Part shown: positions 39,507-48,733 of the stretch, piece by piece
How positions within the stretch are numbered: the first letter of the stretch is position 1
Layout: every line of letters begins with the position of its first letter
IMG/VR virus record: IMGVR_UViG_3300037307_000191
Location: 1 to 64,000 of that record
Reading direction: 5' to 3' (one strand)
Length of the DNA: 64,000 nucleotides
DNA from: a virus
Notes under the pieces: generated by a model
Database searches by the model: none
Told to the model about the DNA's origin: nothing
Seen by the model: only the letters and a program-made list of their open reading frames with translations
Position numbers and translations under genes: made by a program

Positions 39507-40493
39507 TCAAGGATTGAGATCAATCCTCGGTGCCGTGAGCTTCATATGCACGTTAGAGTTAGCGTACATGTGTCCATCCACTTGAATGTCATAGTTTCCG
39601 CCTACGTGCAACTCATAGTTGCCGTGAATGTACTCTTTGCAGTTACCAAAGACTTCAATGAAAGAATTGCCCTTGATCAGAAGATGGTTGTTTCCATCTA
39701 TCGTGCACATCCCGTTGCCCCAGACGTGCAAGTGCTCATCCTTCTCAATGATAACGTGTCTCTCATGCAGTACTCGATGCACTTCAAGCCCGTTAGGGTG
39801 TATCTCAGTGAAGGTTCCTTTCTTGTGTTGCAGGTAGTAGCGCTCTGCACCTGGAGTGTCATCGAACTCTTCAATGTGTCCGCAGTTATCTGGTGGGCTA
39901 CTCCCACTCACATCTACATGAGGCTTGGGCTCTGTCTCTCTGACGTGGTTGTATGGGTACTGTGCAGCATACGGAGTGGGAGGTTCTTTCCACTGACCAC
40001 CAAAAGCCTTGGACGCGGTGTCAACTCGATCCCTTCTCCACTTGACAGGAGTCTTATCAGTTTTCTCATTGCGTGCTAAGCGACTAGTATCCTGTTCACT
40101 AGCATCGTAACGAGTGTACACTCCTTTAGGATCATTGAAGCCTTTATCGGGCTGTGCCTTCTCTGGCTTTCCGTAGAGTGTTCCTAAGATCACAGGATTC
40201 TGCGCGTTGTGACCATCTAAGAAGAATCCCACAACCGTAGTGCCTGGAAGAATCCCAGTAGGGCTGAATCCAACTCCACCGAAAGATGACGATTGAATCG
40301 GCGATACAACAGCCGCCCAGAAGAGGTCTTCTGATTTGATCTTGTCTTTCTCTTCGGTGTGATAGCCGTACACACGCACGCGTAAGCGACCAAGTTTTTC
40401 TGGATCCATTCTATCTTCAACCACTCCATACCACCAAACAAACTGCCCCATGGAGAAGGCGTTGGTGTTCATCTGTCTGTTAATGACACTCAT
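39507..40493 (-). CDS. gp5: Baseplate central spike gp5-like (no lysozyme domain)
   Basis: WW.GVVEDR.DP..LGR.RVR..GYH, VVGFFLDG..AQ.PVILG, YPYNHV.ET, GHIEEFDDTPG.ER, C-terminal beta-helix repeats. Confidence 0.9.
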   Translation of the reverse strand: MSVINRQMNTNAFSMGQFVWWYGVVEDRMDPEKLGRLRVRVYGYHTEEKDKIKSEDLFWAAVVSPIQSSSFGGVGFSPTGILPGTTVVGFFLDGHNAQNPVILGTLYGKPEKAQPDKGFNDPKGVYTRYDASEQDTSRLARNEKTDKTPVKWRRDRVDTASKAFGGQWKEPPTPYAAQYPYNHVRETEPKPHVDVSGSSPPDNCGHIEEFDDTPGAERYYLQHKKGTFTEIHPNGLEVHRVLHERHVIIEKDEHLHVWGNGMCTIDGNNHLLIKGNSFIEVFGNCKEYIHGNYELHVGGNYDIQVDGHMYANSNVHMKLTAPRIDLNP

Positions 40494-40729
40494 TAGATTC
40501 GACCTCCCCTTGCGAGTTCAATTTCTTCTTTCACTGCTTGAACATCATACTCCAACCCAATGCTCGAAGGCGGACGCTGAGCATTCACAGGTCCAAAGAA
40601 ACCTTCTAACCCTTGCTCTTGAATCAGCTTGTTGAAGGCCTCTCTTTTCAGTTTTACCTCTTCAGGCTCTTCGATCAATTTTGATTGATCTAGAGTTAGT
40701 TTGTTGAAATCTATGATCGGTGCTCTCAT
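40493..40729 (-). CDS. Hypothetical protein
   Basis: 78 aa with overlapping stop/start on both sides. Confidence 0.55.
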   Translation of the reverse strand: MRAPIIDFNKLTLDQSKLIEEPEEVKLKREAFNKLIQEQGLEGFFGPVNAQRPPSSIGLEYDVQAVKEEIELARGGRI

Positions 40730-41526
40730 ATTGTGTCAAACCTCTTCTTTGCTGTTATGTAATCAATACCAAAGTGTTTTGCAATCTTTGTGACACCCCA
40801 TCCTCCATCTTTCAGATTCTTCATTGCAGCAAGAAACTCTTCCTCAGTATCAAATCCTATTTTAGTTAGAAACACCTTTCTTCGTGCTTTTTGTAAGTTA
40901 CCAGAAGCACGCAATGAATCTAATCGTTTTTGAATATGCTCAGGAGTTAGCTTAGACCCCTTTCTTGCTCTACTTATACACTCTTTGTGGATCTGAGATA
41001 TAGAGGTTCTTCGGATAGCTTTTTTGCGATTCTCTTTCAGAAAGACAGGATCAACAGTTGATATGATGTCGTCAAAACATCTTCCTTGAATTCCAAACTC
41101 CTGTCTTATCTTGTTGGGGGTCATTCCATCAGACAGTGCATATAGAACAAACCTCGTCATCTCCTCTACATCTTCAAATCCAATCTTTTGAGCATACAGT
41201 AACCTGTTTGTCGTCCCAATTTTACTTTTGTGTTCAGAAGAAAATTTCTGTCCGGGTGTATATCCTTTACCTCCAAGTGATAGATTTAAGCAGAGGGGAT
41301 TAGACAGGAGGTCATGATTTACGATCTCAATCTCCTTTTGTCGACTCTCACTGAGTGAAGAGAATGAGTGCAATGTTTCTCTGATAAATTGATCTCTTGG
41401 GTATTTGGCAGTCAAGCTACGAATGCGAATACCAGATCCGAGATAATCATCACCATTCTCTTTATGTTGTCCGATATAGAATTGACCAGTTGGAATGTGT
41501 GTTGTTTTGTAAACGATGTATTCCAT
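40726..41526 (-). CDS. Seg-like GIY-YIG homing endonuclease
   Basis: YIVYKTT...TG.FYIGQH....D.YLGSG, CLN...GG.G, NUMOD3-like and C-terminal HTH segments. Confidence 0.85.
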   Translation of the reverse strand: MEYIVYKTTHIPTGQFYIGQHKENGDDYLGSGIRIRSLTAKYPRDQFIRETLHSFSSLSESRQKEIEIVNHDLLSNPLCLNLSLGGKGYTPGQKFSSEHKSKIGTTNRLLYAQKIGFEDVEEMTRFVLYALSDGMTPNKIRQEFGIQGRCFDDIISTVDPVFLKENRKKAIRRTSISQIHKECISRARKGSKLTPEHIQKRLDSLRASGNLQKARRKVFLTKIGFDTEEEFLAAMKNLKDGGWGVTKIAKHFGIDYITAKKRFDTI

Positions 41527-41528
41527 TA

Positions 41529-42764
41529 TTAGACCCCACTTGACTGCATGCGCTCTTCCAATCGGCTCTTCAACAGTTCCATGTTAGCAACGTAGTAGTT
41601 TTGTGTGATACTGTGCATCACATGTGAAACGAGATAATCTCCTTTGAAGTACTTGTCATACACTTCATCTGTTTGATCTTGATGACTCGGGAGTTCGACT
41701 GCGCACTTCTTACCCAAAAACTCCCAGACCTTAGCACCGCCTGGGATCTGAATTTGTAACTTGTCTTGCTCAAGTTTCATTAGTCGCGACTTGCGACTGA
41801 CGTGCCAGTTCGTTACTTGATCATCTATAGTTGGATTAGAATGCAGTCCTGGATGCTTAGGGAGGAAGCTGACATTCGCATTCTCTGCTTGATCAAAGAC
41901 ATCCCAAGGCTTCTTCTCCTTATCCGCTGACAGATCATCGCCGAAGCTAAAGGTCTTATTCTCCCACTTTTTACTAATCACATCATAGCTCAGTAACTTA
42001 GTGCGATAGTAACCAGCTCCTAAGTTGCCCATCCCATCGTAGTGGAATGTCATGAACTTGTTGATCATGATTGAGTAGTCGTCTTTGAAGTTACCAGAAT
42101 CATCTCTGACGTGACTAGGTCTTTGCTTGAATGTGATTCCAGTATCTTCACTCGTGTATAGAACTTCGAGACTTCTAAACCAGTACTGATCAAAGTCTTT
42201 CATAAAGAATACGTAATCACTACGATTTTCTTTGAGTGCTAGTTTTGCGAACCACCAGCCTGCTATGTACGGCGTCCAGTTAGGAACAATGACGTGGTAG
42301 TTGACATCACTCGAATCACTCTGAGATAAAGACCCTCCTAGGAATTCACTACAGATGTTACTCACCGCATCTTCTGGTTTCTGATTTGAATAGGTCTTTT
42401 GAATGCGCACTGTTTGATTGGTTAGAAATCCTTTTGATGCGCAAAAGAGATCATAGCGTTGATTCATCTGTCCCTTCAAGCGTTTATCACCGATCTTGTA
42501 GATGATGAAGTCGTAAGACTTATCGCCATCAAGCTGACTCTCTGTCTGTGTTTCAACAGTCAAGGATAGCGCGCTTCCTGGACGAATCGGGATGTTCATC
42601 AAGATGTTTGCGTTGTCTTGAATAGTGATCACTGCACTCCAACAAGGTGTGAAGATGTCTTGATAGATAGCAGCGTGAACCACAAACTGATTGATATTCT
42701 TTCCATCAATAGTCGCCGTTAGATTCTTGACGTCACCAAAGTTACCTGATTTCGTTACTCTCAT
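41529..42764 (-). CDS. Baseplate hub protein (gp27-like)
   Basis: 411 aa between gp53 and gp5; IYQDIF, V.PNW.P, D.YF.G.YLV..V.H. Confidence 0.65.
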   Translation of the reverse strand: MRVTKSGNFGDVKNLTATIDGKNINQFVVHAAIYQDIFTPCWSAVITIQDNANILMNIPIRPGSALSLTVETQTESQLDGDKSYDFIIYKIGDKRLKGQMNQRYDLFCASKGFLTNQTVRIQKTYSNQKPEDAVSNICSEFLGGSLSQSDSSDVNYHVIVPNWTPYIAGWWFAKLALKENRSDYVFFMKDFDQYWFRSLEVLYTSEDTGITFKQRPSHVRDDSGNFKDDYSIMINKFMTFHYDGMGNLGAGYYRTKLLSYDVISKKWENKTFSFGDDLSADKEKKPWDVFDQAENANVSFLPKHPGLHSNPTIDDQVTNWHVSRKSRLMKLEQDKLQIQIPGGAKVWEFLGKKCAVELPSHQDQTDEVYDKYFKGDYLVSHVMHSITQNYYVANMELLKSRLEERMQSSGV

Positions 42765-43372
42765 ACTTGAGTCCCGCGTAGCATTTTGTTGAAGTCTTCT
42801 TGGAAGCTAATGATCTGGGATGGTATCACTAGAATGATCTTACGCCTCTCTAAGTTCACCTCTCTTTCATATTCAAAGTTAGTCACTGGCAAGATGTTGT
42901 TTCCGACTTTCTGCGGATTCCTTTCCCACAATCCACGGTAGTACTCATCTTCAAGATCATCACAAACACGCCCTGTTTGCACATTGAAGAAATGATGAAT
43001 TCCACCGACCCCTGAACTGTGTGGAACCGTGTACATTGTCCCATCAGTGAGTTGTTGTTGGACTCCATTTAAGTACTTCTTAGCTACAAACACCTCAAGA
43101 ACATCAGTAGGCATAGCCCACTCTGTGTAAGGATCAATGATATCATTGACGAGGAGGATAGACCAGTAGTACATCGGGTCTTTGTAAAACTTGTGACTCA
43201 AACTCTCAACGCTATCATCATCCCTGATAGTGTACTGATTGAAGATCATTGACTTGAGTGTATTGATCTTCCTCAAGAAAAACGCAGTCAGGATGTTAGT
43301 AACGATTTTCTTCTCGTTAGGCTTGGATACAAATCCGTAGCTCATTTTAGGGAATTTGAAAAAGAAGAACAT
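42761..43372 (-). CDS. gp53: Baseplate wedge protein gp53
   Basis: YTI.D.D..E.LS..FY.D..YYW.ILL.N.IIDP..EW, HHF, VTN.EYE...N..RR.I. Confidence 0.88.
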   Translation of the reverse strand: MFFFFKFPKMSYGFVSKPNEKKIVTNILTAFFLRKINTLKSMIFNQYTIRDDDSVESLSHKFYKDPMYYWSILLVNDIIDPYTEWAMPTDVLEVFVAKKYLNGVQQQLTDGTMYTVPHSSGVGGIHHFFNVQTGRVCDDLEDEYYRGLWERNPQKVGNNILPVTNFEYEREVNLERRKIILVIPSQIISFQEDFNKMLRGTQV

Positions 43373-43386
43373 AGTATCAATCTCTC

Positions 43387-44130
43387 TTAGTAGTCTTTTG
43401 CAACGTCTTTTCTGACAATGATCTGAATCTCACTGAAGGTGACGTTCATGACCGTTTCTGTTGGGAACCCATTGCGCATCATCGTCCACATTCCGGCGCC
43501 TGTGTAGTTGACATCAATACTTGTGATCACTGATCGTTTGAACTTGTGTAACCACGGATTGCGATCTCCATCAAACATGTAGTCTACTTCCACCTCTCCC
43601 GGGTACTCTAGATAGGGGCTACCTCCTCCACCATCAGGACCTTCGGGGAGTGACCACTTACGAAAGATATTGATGATATCTTTGATTTTAGTGCAATCGC
43701 TTTCGCTGAATGGAACGAACTTGAATGTGTAAGAGAAGTTGCGGAAGTCAACGCCAAGAAACAGCTGTGCCAAGTACGGATTGGGCATGAACCCTGATGC
43801 AATCTCAGCTAGATCAGTTGCAGGGTTTCCATATGACTTGATTGCAGCTCCCGCTTGCCCCATCCATTTAGCGAATTTGTTATTCTTTCCCCACTTCTCG
43901 CTTGCCTTAGTGGCCATATCAGCGACAGTTCCAAGAGCTTCTTTTCCTCCTTTGAAGTGGCTGTCCCAAGACACCGTGTTCGGTTGACCAAACGCTTCGG
44001 GCATGTACAGGTGCACTTGATCTGTCATAGAGCTTGTTGTTGTACTACCGCGCTCATAGAATGTGAACAGCATGTGAGCTGGGAACGCAGTGGTATCCTG
44101 TAGTAAATCTGGGTACCATACCTGAGCCAT
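43387..44130 (-). CDS. gp48: Baseplate tail-tube cap gp48-like
   Basis: Start MAQVWYP after an AGGAG RBS; LYMP, NP....LF.GV.FR.F...F.F.P.SE, YP, I.VNYT, F.EI. Confidence 0.8.
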   Translation of the reverse strand: MAQVWYPDLLQDTTAFPAHMLFTFYERGSTTTSSMTDQVHLYMPEAFGQPNTVSWDSHFKGGKEALGTVADMATKASEKWGKNNKFAKWMGQAGAAIKSYGNPATDLAEIASGFMPNPYLAQLFLGVDFRNFSYTFKFVPFSESDCTKIKDIINIFRKWSLPEGPDGGGGSPYLEYPGEVEVDYMFDGDRNPWLHKFKRSVITSIDVNYTGAGMWTMMRNGFPTETVMNVTFSEIQIIVRKDVAKDY

Positions 44131-44150
44131 TTCTTCTCCTCGATTGTTTC

Positions 44151-44158
44151 TATAAATA
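44151..44158 (+). promoter_or_regulatory. T4-type late promoter TATAAATA (gp4-gp2-gp54)
   Basis: Exact consensus 32 nt upstream of the gp4 ATG. Confidence 0.75.
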
Positions 44159-44171
44159 GTTATCGTCATAC

Positions 44172-44179
44172 TATTTATA
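44172..44179 (-). promoter_or_regulatory. T4-type late promoter TATAAATA (gp48-gp53-gp5)
   Basis: Exact consensus facing the + strand promoter. Confidence 0.75.
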
Positions 44180-44190
44180 AGGAACAGTGA

Positions 44191-44638
44191 ATGAGATCTT
44201 ATCCAGACCCCTACCGATTCATACCCGTCCATCCGGAGAAGTACATTGGGGATCTCAACAACATCATAATGCGAAGTAGTTGGGAACGGACGATTTGCAT
44301 CTTGGTTAGATCAAAATCCTAGTATCATTCGTTGGGGCAGTGAGACTAGAGCCATCCCATACTACTCTGTTGCCGATAAGAGAGTGCGAAGGTACTTTCC
44401 TGACTTCTTTGTGATCTTCAAGAACAAGGAAGGCAAAGAGTGTAAGATGATCATTGAGATCAAACCACAATCACAAACAGCGCCTCCGAAAACAAAGAAC
44501 CGTCGACCGCAAACTGTGCTGAGAGAGATGCTGGAGTATCAAAGGAATCTATCAAAGTGGGATGCTGCTCGTCAGTTTGCAGCTAGGCAGGGATGGGAGT
44601 TCAAAGTTATGACAGAAAGAGATCTTGGAATAAGGTAA
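44191..44638 (+). CDS. gp4: Head completion nuclease gp4 (+1 skip at CGG 44287-44289; 148 aa)
   Basis: P.HPEKY.GD...I..RSSWE | RF..WLD.NP.I..WGSE...IPY....RYFPDF, IIEIKP..QT.PP, N..KW.AA, F..MTE..LG. Confidence 0.9.
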
Positions 44639-44643
44639 ATCAA

Positions 44644-45151
44644 ATGGCGACAAAGAAGAGAATAAGAAGTAAAGAGTCTAAACAAGGATTGATGTGGTAC
44701 TTCAATCTGATCCGAAAGAGTGCAAAGGACTTCAAGTTTGGAGCATTCAATCCAAGAAAAGATCCGTTCATTCGGCGGTGTCTTTGCGTTTCTCTATGAC
44801 CCGAAGTACAAAGACGTACTTCCATACTATGACAAGTTCCCTATCGTTATCCCATTCGGAGTTGAGAATGATAGTTTTATAGGACTGAACCTACACTATC
44901 TACCGGTTGAAGAGAGAAGGAAGCTACTCACGTTTTTGATGGGACACAAGACAAAAAAGACAACCAGAGAGTACATGAACATCTCTTATCGAGCACTTGT
45001 AGCTAGCTCGCATGTTGAGTCTGTCAAACCATGTATTCACAAGTACTTGAAGTCCCACCTTCGTTCAAGACTGGTCAAAATTAGCCACGAAGAGTGGGAG
45101 AACGTAATCGCTCTTCCAACCGCTCAGTGGGTCAAAGGAAGCCCTTACTAA
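44644..45151 (+). CDS. gp2: DNA end protector gp2 (+1 skip at CGG 44773-44775; 168 aa)
   Basis: S..GL.WY N-terminus | GGVFAFLYDPK.K..LPYYD.FP.V, F.GLNLHYLP, KPC.HKYL..H..S, W.....LPT. Confidence 0.9.
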
Positions 45152-45160
45152 GGAACACAC

Positions 45161-45776
45161 ATGGCTGAGAAAACGAACGTTACAGATTTTTTGAATCTAT
45201 TCCCACAAGGATTTGCTCGTCCCAACCGATACTTGGTTGAGTTGATGATGCCTCCCGGAGTAGCCGACTCTGGAAGTTGGATGAATAGTGAGAGTCAAGT
45301 TGGAACAATCACTGGAAAGGGATTGACGCTCAATTCGCGGTGGGGCTGTTCAGGTAGCTTGCCACAGTTGTACTATGCCTGCAAGAACTCTGATGGTCTA
45401 TCAGCACGTGCAACATAGCACGCCATTCAACGTTCCTTACAGCCAGCAGTATGAACCTGTCACCTTTTCATTCTATTCAGGAACACACCATCGCCAAAGA
45501 CACTTCTTTGACATCTGGCAAACAGCTGTAGTAAACATCAATGACAACAGTTTGAACTTCTTTGTTGAATACACTCAAGATATCATGATATGGCAGCTAG
45601 ATAGAAAGGGGGAGAAGACGACGTACGGTGTGAAGTTATATGCGGCTTGGCCCATGTCAATCGCTGAAGTGCAATACGAGTACGGGCAGAGCAACTCCGT
45701 TGTCTCAATAAACGTCACCATGGCGTACAAGCTGTGGAAAGCTGAACACGACAAGACAAACATCGTCATCTATTGA
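45161..45776 (+). CDS. gp54: Baseplate-tail tube initiator gp54-like (+1 skip at CGG 45338-45340; 204 aa)
   Basis: GFARPNRY.V | C.SC.MP.RTL, PY...Y..VTFSFY, FFD.WQ, QLD, AWP.SI, VT.AY..W. Confidence 0.75.
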
Positions 45777-45779
45777 TCT

Positions 45780-46196
45780 ATGAACATCGTTGATTATGAA
45801 AACCCATGGATGTGGAAGGGCCAAGAAGTAACGAGTGAGATGATAGCGCCTTACTTCGGATTCGTCTATCTGTTGACTGATACAGAGACTGGCAAGCTAT
45901 ACATCGGCAAGAAACACATCTGGTCTATGCGCAAAGTTAAAGGCAAATCACGCAAGCAAAGAGTGGAATCTGATTGGAAACAGTACTACAGTAGTCATGC
46001 CGAATTGAAGCAACTAGGAAAGACTAACCCCAATCGCTTCAAGCGTGAGATACTGCACGTGTGCCGTGGACTAGGAGAGACTAACTGGAGGGAAACTGAA
46101 GAGCAGTTCTTGAGAAGGGTTCTGTACGATGACCGTTACTACAACGATCAGATTGGCGGCAGGTGGTACAAGAGTAATGTGAGGAGATATCAATGA
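45780..46196 (+). CDS. denA: Endonuclease II-like GIY-YIG nuclease
   Basis: YENPW.W.G, GFVYL.T...TGK.YIGKK, ESDW..Y.SS, FKREIL, YYN..I.G. Confidence 0.75.
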   Translation: MNIVDYENPWMWKGQEVTSEMIAPYFGFVYLLTDTETGKLYIGKKHIWSMRKVKGKSRKQRVESDWKQYYSSHAELKQLGKTNPNRFKREILHVCRGLGETNWRETEEQFLRRVLYDDRYYNDQIGGRWYKSNVRRYQ

Positions 46197-46510
46197 AGAC
46201 AGAATGCTCATACATCATCATTCAGCCTCATTCAATCACTATCATTGAGGGGTGGAGTAGTTCTCAGTTCCGCTATCTAGGAATCACAATGAGAACTGTA
46301 TGTTGGTTTCTAAGTCTTCTCTGTTGGAGTGGACACAAATACCCTAGAAACAACTTCGTCTTAAATCAGATGTTCAAAGATCTTTGCATTGACAACATCA
46401 AGCGCGCAATCATTCAAGTTAGAAGGAATCCAAGAGATGAAACGAATACTTATCGCACTCTGTATGTTACTCGCTTCGATAACATCCTCGTCAGCTCAGT
46501 GCACAAATGA
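46193..46510 (+). CDS. Hypothetical protein
   Basis: ATGA overlap with denA; 105 aa. Confidence 0.4.
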   Translation: MKTECSYIIIQPHSITIIEGWSSSQFRYLGITMRTVCWFLSLLCWSGHKYPRNNFVLNQMFKDLCIDNIKRAIIQVRRNPRDETNTYRTLYVTRFDNILVSSVHK

Positions 46511-46880
46511 GATCAGAGTAGTTGGAGTGATTGATGGTGATACTCTCAAAGCTGTGATCGTAGGATTCCCTGATCCATTGCGTAACGTATCCATCCGTGT
46601 CATGGGAATTGATACACCTGAAAAGAGATCCAAATGCCCAAACGAAAAGGCCCGAGCCAATCTGGCTAAGACCTTTGTTCAGGAGCAACTTAAAGTGACT
46701 CAGAACGTCACTCTGAAGAATCTTACTTGGGACAAGTATGGCGGACGTATCCTCGCAGAAGTCTTCTTCGACGACCGCGACCTCTCTGGAATGCTACTCG
46801 AAAGACACCTAGCGATACCATATCATGGAGAGAAGAAGACGTTTGATTGGTGCTCTTTCGGATCTGAAGAAGACAAGTAA
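46437..46880 (+). CDS. Thermonuclease (SNase-like) with signal peptide
   Basis: VIDGDT, IR..GIDTPE, DKYGGRILA; N-terminal MKRILIALCMLLASITSSSA. Confidence 0.85.
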   Translation: MKRILIALCMLLASITSSSAQCTNEIRVVGVIDGDTLKAVIVGFPDPLRNVSIRVMGIDTPEKRSKCPNEKARANLAKTFVQEQLKVTQNVTLKNLTWDKYGGRILAEVFFDDRDLSGMLLERHLAIPYHGEKKTFDWCSFGSEEDK

Positions 46881-46940
46881 CTGCCAGTGCTAGGAGAGTT
46901 ACGGATACGAAGATCAAACACACCGCTAGGAACGTAGTCA

Positions 46941-47576
46941 TCACAGAAACAGCTTCAAGCTAGTGGTGATGAATTCAACCTTCGCATCTAGATCAATGAC
47001 GTTGTCAGGAACCACAATCATCGTCTTTCTAGTTGATGCTCGGAGAGCTTCAAAGTAGCGATAGTAAACTCCTATGATCACATCAGTGAGACTCTCTTTG
47101 TACATTCTACTATTGTACGCTTTGCTTCTCTTGTTAACATCTCCGACAACAGGGATGCCAGGTGGAACGACAACGAAATGAGTGAAGTGTTTGGCACTGA
47201 GGGCAACACACCTATCAATAAACGCTTGTCCTCGTGAATCGAATATGCTGCTAGTCGTATCATCGATATTGGTGAGTAGATAAGCTAGAAGATCGACGGG
47301 GGTTCTATCGATAACAAAAGCCGTCATACTAGAAACCCTCGCAAGCAACCTCTCTATCTCATCCAGAAGGAACTCTTGGACTTGAATCCTTTCTCCAAAG
47401 GTCATAGTGTCACTCGGCTTGATCGATATCCAGATATCAGAAGAGCTCATTCCTGCATTCACATAAGCGATCCCTAACTTCTTAGCCACCTCTATGGCTG
47501 TGACTGTCTTGCCGGTTCTATGCGATCCGTGAAAATCCAATGCCCACTGACTTGTTATCTGTTTCTGGAATCTCAT
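46941..47576 (-). CDS. P-loop nucleotide kinase (AAA_28/NadR-like)
   Basis: GSHRTGKT Walker A; DRTPVD.LAY. Confidence 0.75.
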   Translation of the reverse strand: MRFQKQITSQWALDFHGSHRTGKTVTAIEVAKKLGIAYVNAGMSSSDIWISIKPSDTMTFGERIQVQEFLLDEIERLLARVSSMTAFVIDRTPVDLLAYLLTNIDDTTSSIFDSRGQAFIDRCVALSAKHFTHFVVVPPGIPVVGDVNKRSKAYNSRMYKESLTDVIIGVYYRYFEALRASTRKTMIVVPDNVIDLDAKVEFITTSLKLFL

Positions 47577-47633
47577 AGGTTGAGGGAAGAATCTTCACTT
47601 CCGTCTTATCTATCTCTTGAAGATAATTTACTG

Positions 47634-48503
47634 TCATGGTAGATACTCCAAATCAAAGATGTTGGTGAGAGAGATCACGGGTAGTCCGATGTCTTTCCAC
47701 TTGAGGATAGTTGCGGCATCGTGCTCGACTACCAGTTTAACATCATAGTAGTTTGCAATCGAAGTCCAGAAGACATCCAGCTTAACACTGCTAAGTGCCT
47801 TCTTCGAATCTGAACTACGAGTGCCAATCACTTGGGCATTAGGGAACCCAATAGCCTTAAACGCTGCCTTAGTGTCCTCGACCTCATCTGCCCCATCGAT
47901 CACGAGTACTGCATAGCCGCGCTCTTGCAACGCTTCGAGCATGACCACAATCTCAAATGTCCCAGGAATGTCTTTCCTAGTTGCGATTTCAGGAGAGACT
48001 ACGACAGCTTTGGCTTGAGATGTAACAGGCGGAGCGTACTGACGAGTAAACTGCTTAGTGAATTGATCCCAGAGCTTGAGGGCGCGCTTGATAGACGTTC
48101 TGTGTGTTAGACACTCAGAAAGCAGTGACCCCCACGACGCAATGACAGGATACAACTCAACTTCATAGCCTTGTTCTGTCAGAATCTCTACATACGCCTT
48201 TCTGACTTCTTCATCGAGTGCGAATTCTCCGCACACAACCACTCCGCCCACATAGCCATTCTGGACCTCTTTCTCAGTCCTCTCAAGGAGATGTAAGATC
48301 ACTTCATTCTTGATCGGCTCCAGCCAAGCCGTTAGACACAGTGAATGGTAGTTGTGAGTTTTAACGAAGACTCCTAAGATATCTTTCTCAGACACAATCC
48401 TCCAGATCTTACCTGTCTTATCTTCCTGAACAATCTGAAACACCTTAGCCTGTTCTGTGATAGCCTTCTCAGAACAACCAAAAACTAATATGGCCTTCTT
48501 CAT
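47634..48503 (-). CDS. Degenerate PseT/polynucleotide kinase-phosphatase-like protein
   Basis: Kinase-HAD layout and C-terminal D...K...FW..IA..YDV..V..D....W..IG; catalytic motifs missing. Confidence 0.5.
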   Translation of the reverse strand: MKKAILVFGCSEKAITEQAKVFQIVQEDKTGKIWRIVSEKDILGVFVKTHNYHSLCLTAWLEPIKNEVILHLLERTEKEVQNGYVGGVVVCGEFALDEEVRKAYVEILTEQGYEVELYPVIASWGSLLSECLTHRTSIKRALKLWDQFTKQFTRQYAPPVTSQAKAVVVSPEIATRKDIPGTFEIVVMLEALQERGYAVLVIDGADEVEDTKAAFKAIGFPNAQVIGTRSSDSKKALSSVKLDVFWTSIANYYDVKLVVEHDAATILKWKDIGLPVISLTNIFDLEYLP

Positions 48504-48733
48504 TGATCGATCTCCTTGAGTGTACTCATTATGCTATCTATGATAGGCTCAAAGTCTTCAGGTAGATCAGAATACGTCTCCTTCCTCTCTGCCTTCTTGT
48601 GGGTTGTCTTGTCTTCCAGACTCACAGTAACCTCAAATCCTTTCTCGGTGTTGGTGATTCTCATTTCGACTTCATAGTTGCTTCTCATAGCACCCTCATA
48701 TCTCTTGATAGCTGCCTTTGGTGAGACCTTCAC
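48500..48733 (-). CDS. Hypothetical protein
   Basis: 77 aa in the operon. Confidence 0.5.
   Translation of the reverse strand: MKVSPKAAIKRYEGAMRSNYEVEMRITNTEKGFEVTVSLEDKTTHKKAERKETYSDLPEDFEPIIDSIMSTLKEIDQ

Noticed and set aside
39417-40079. 220-aa + strand ORF and other antisense ORFs
   Set aside because: Antisense to well-supported genes and without recognisable motifs.
44131-44232. ORF-track N-terminal extension of gp48 (similarly 35872, 37921, 39523, 53149, 55141, 55923, 63401)
   Set aside because: These extensions overlap promoters or neighbouring genes; downstream ATGs fit RBSs or family N-termini better.
44191-45776. Pseudogenes of gp4/gp2/gp54 (also thyX, nrdJ)
   Set aside because: Each has a single lesion of identical type, intact motifs, RBSs and promoters, and no other decay.
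46723-46944. Small hydrophobic - strand ORF after the kinase
   Set aside because: Overlaps the SNase gene by ~160 nt; possibly real but unsupported.
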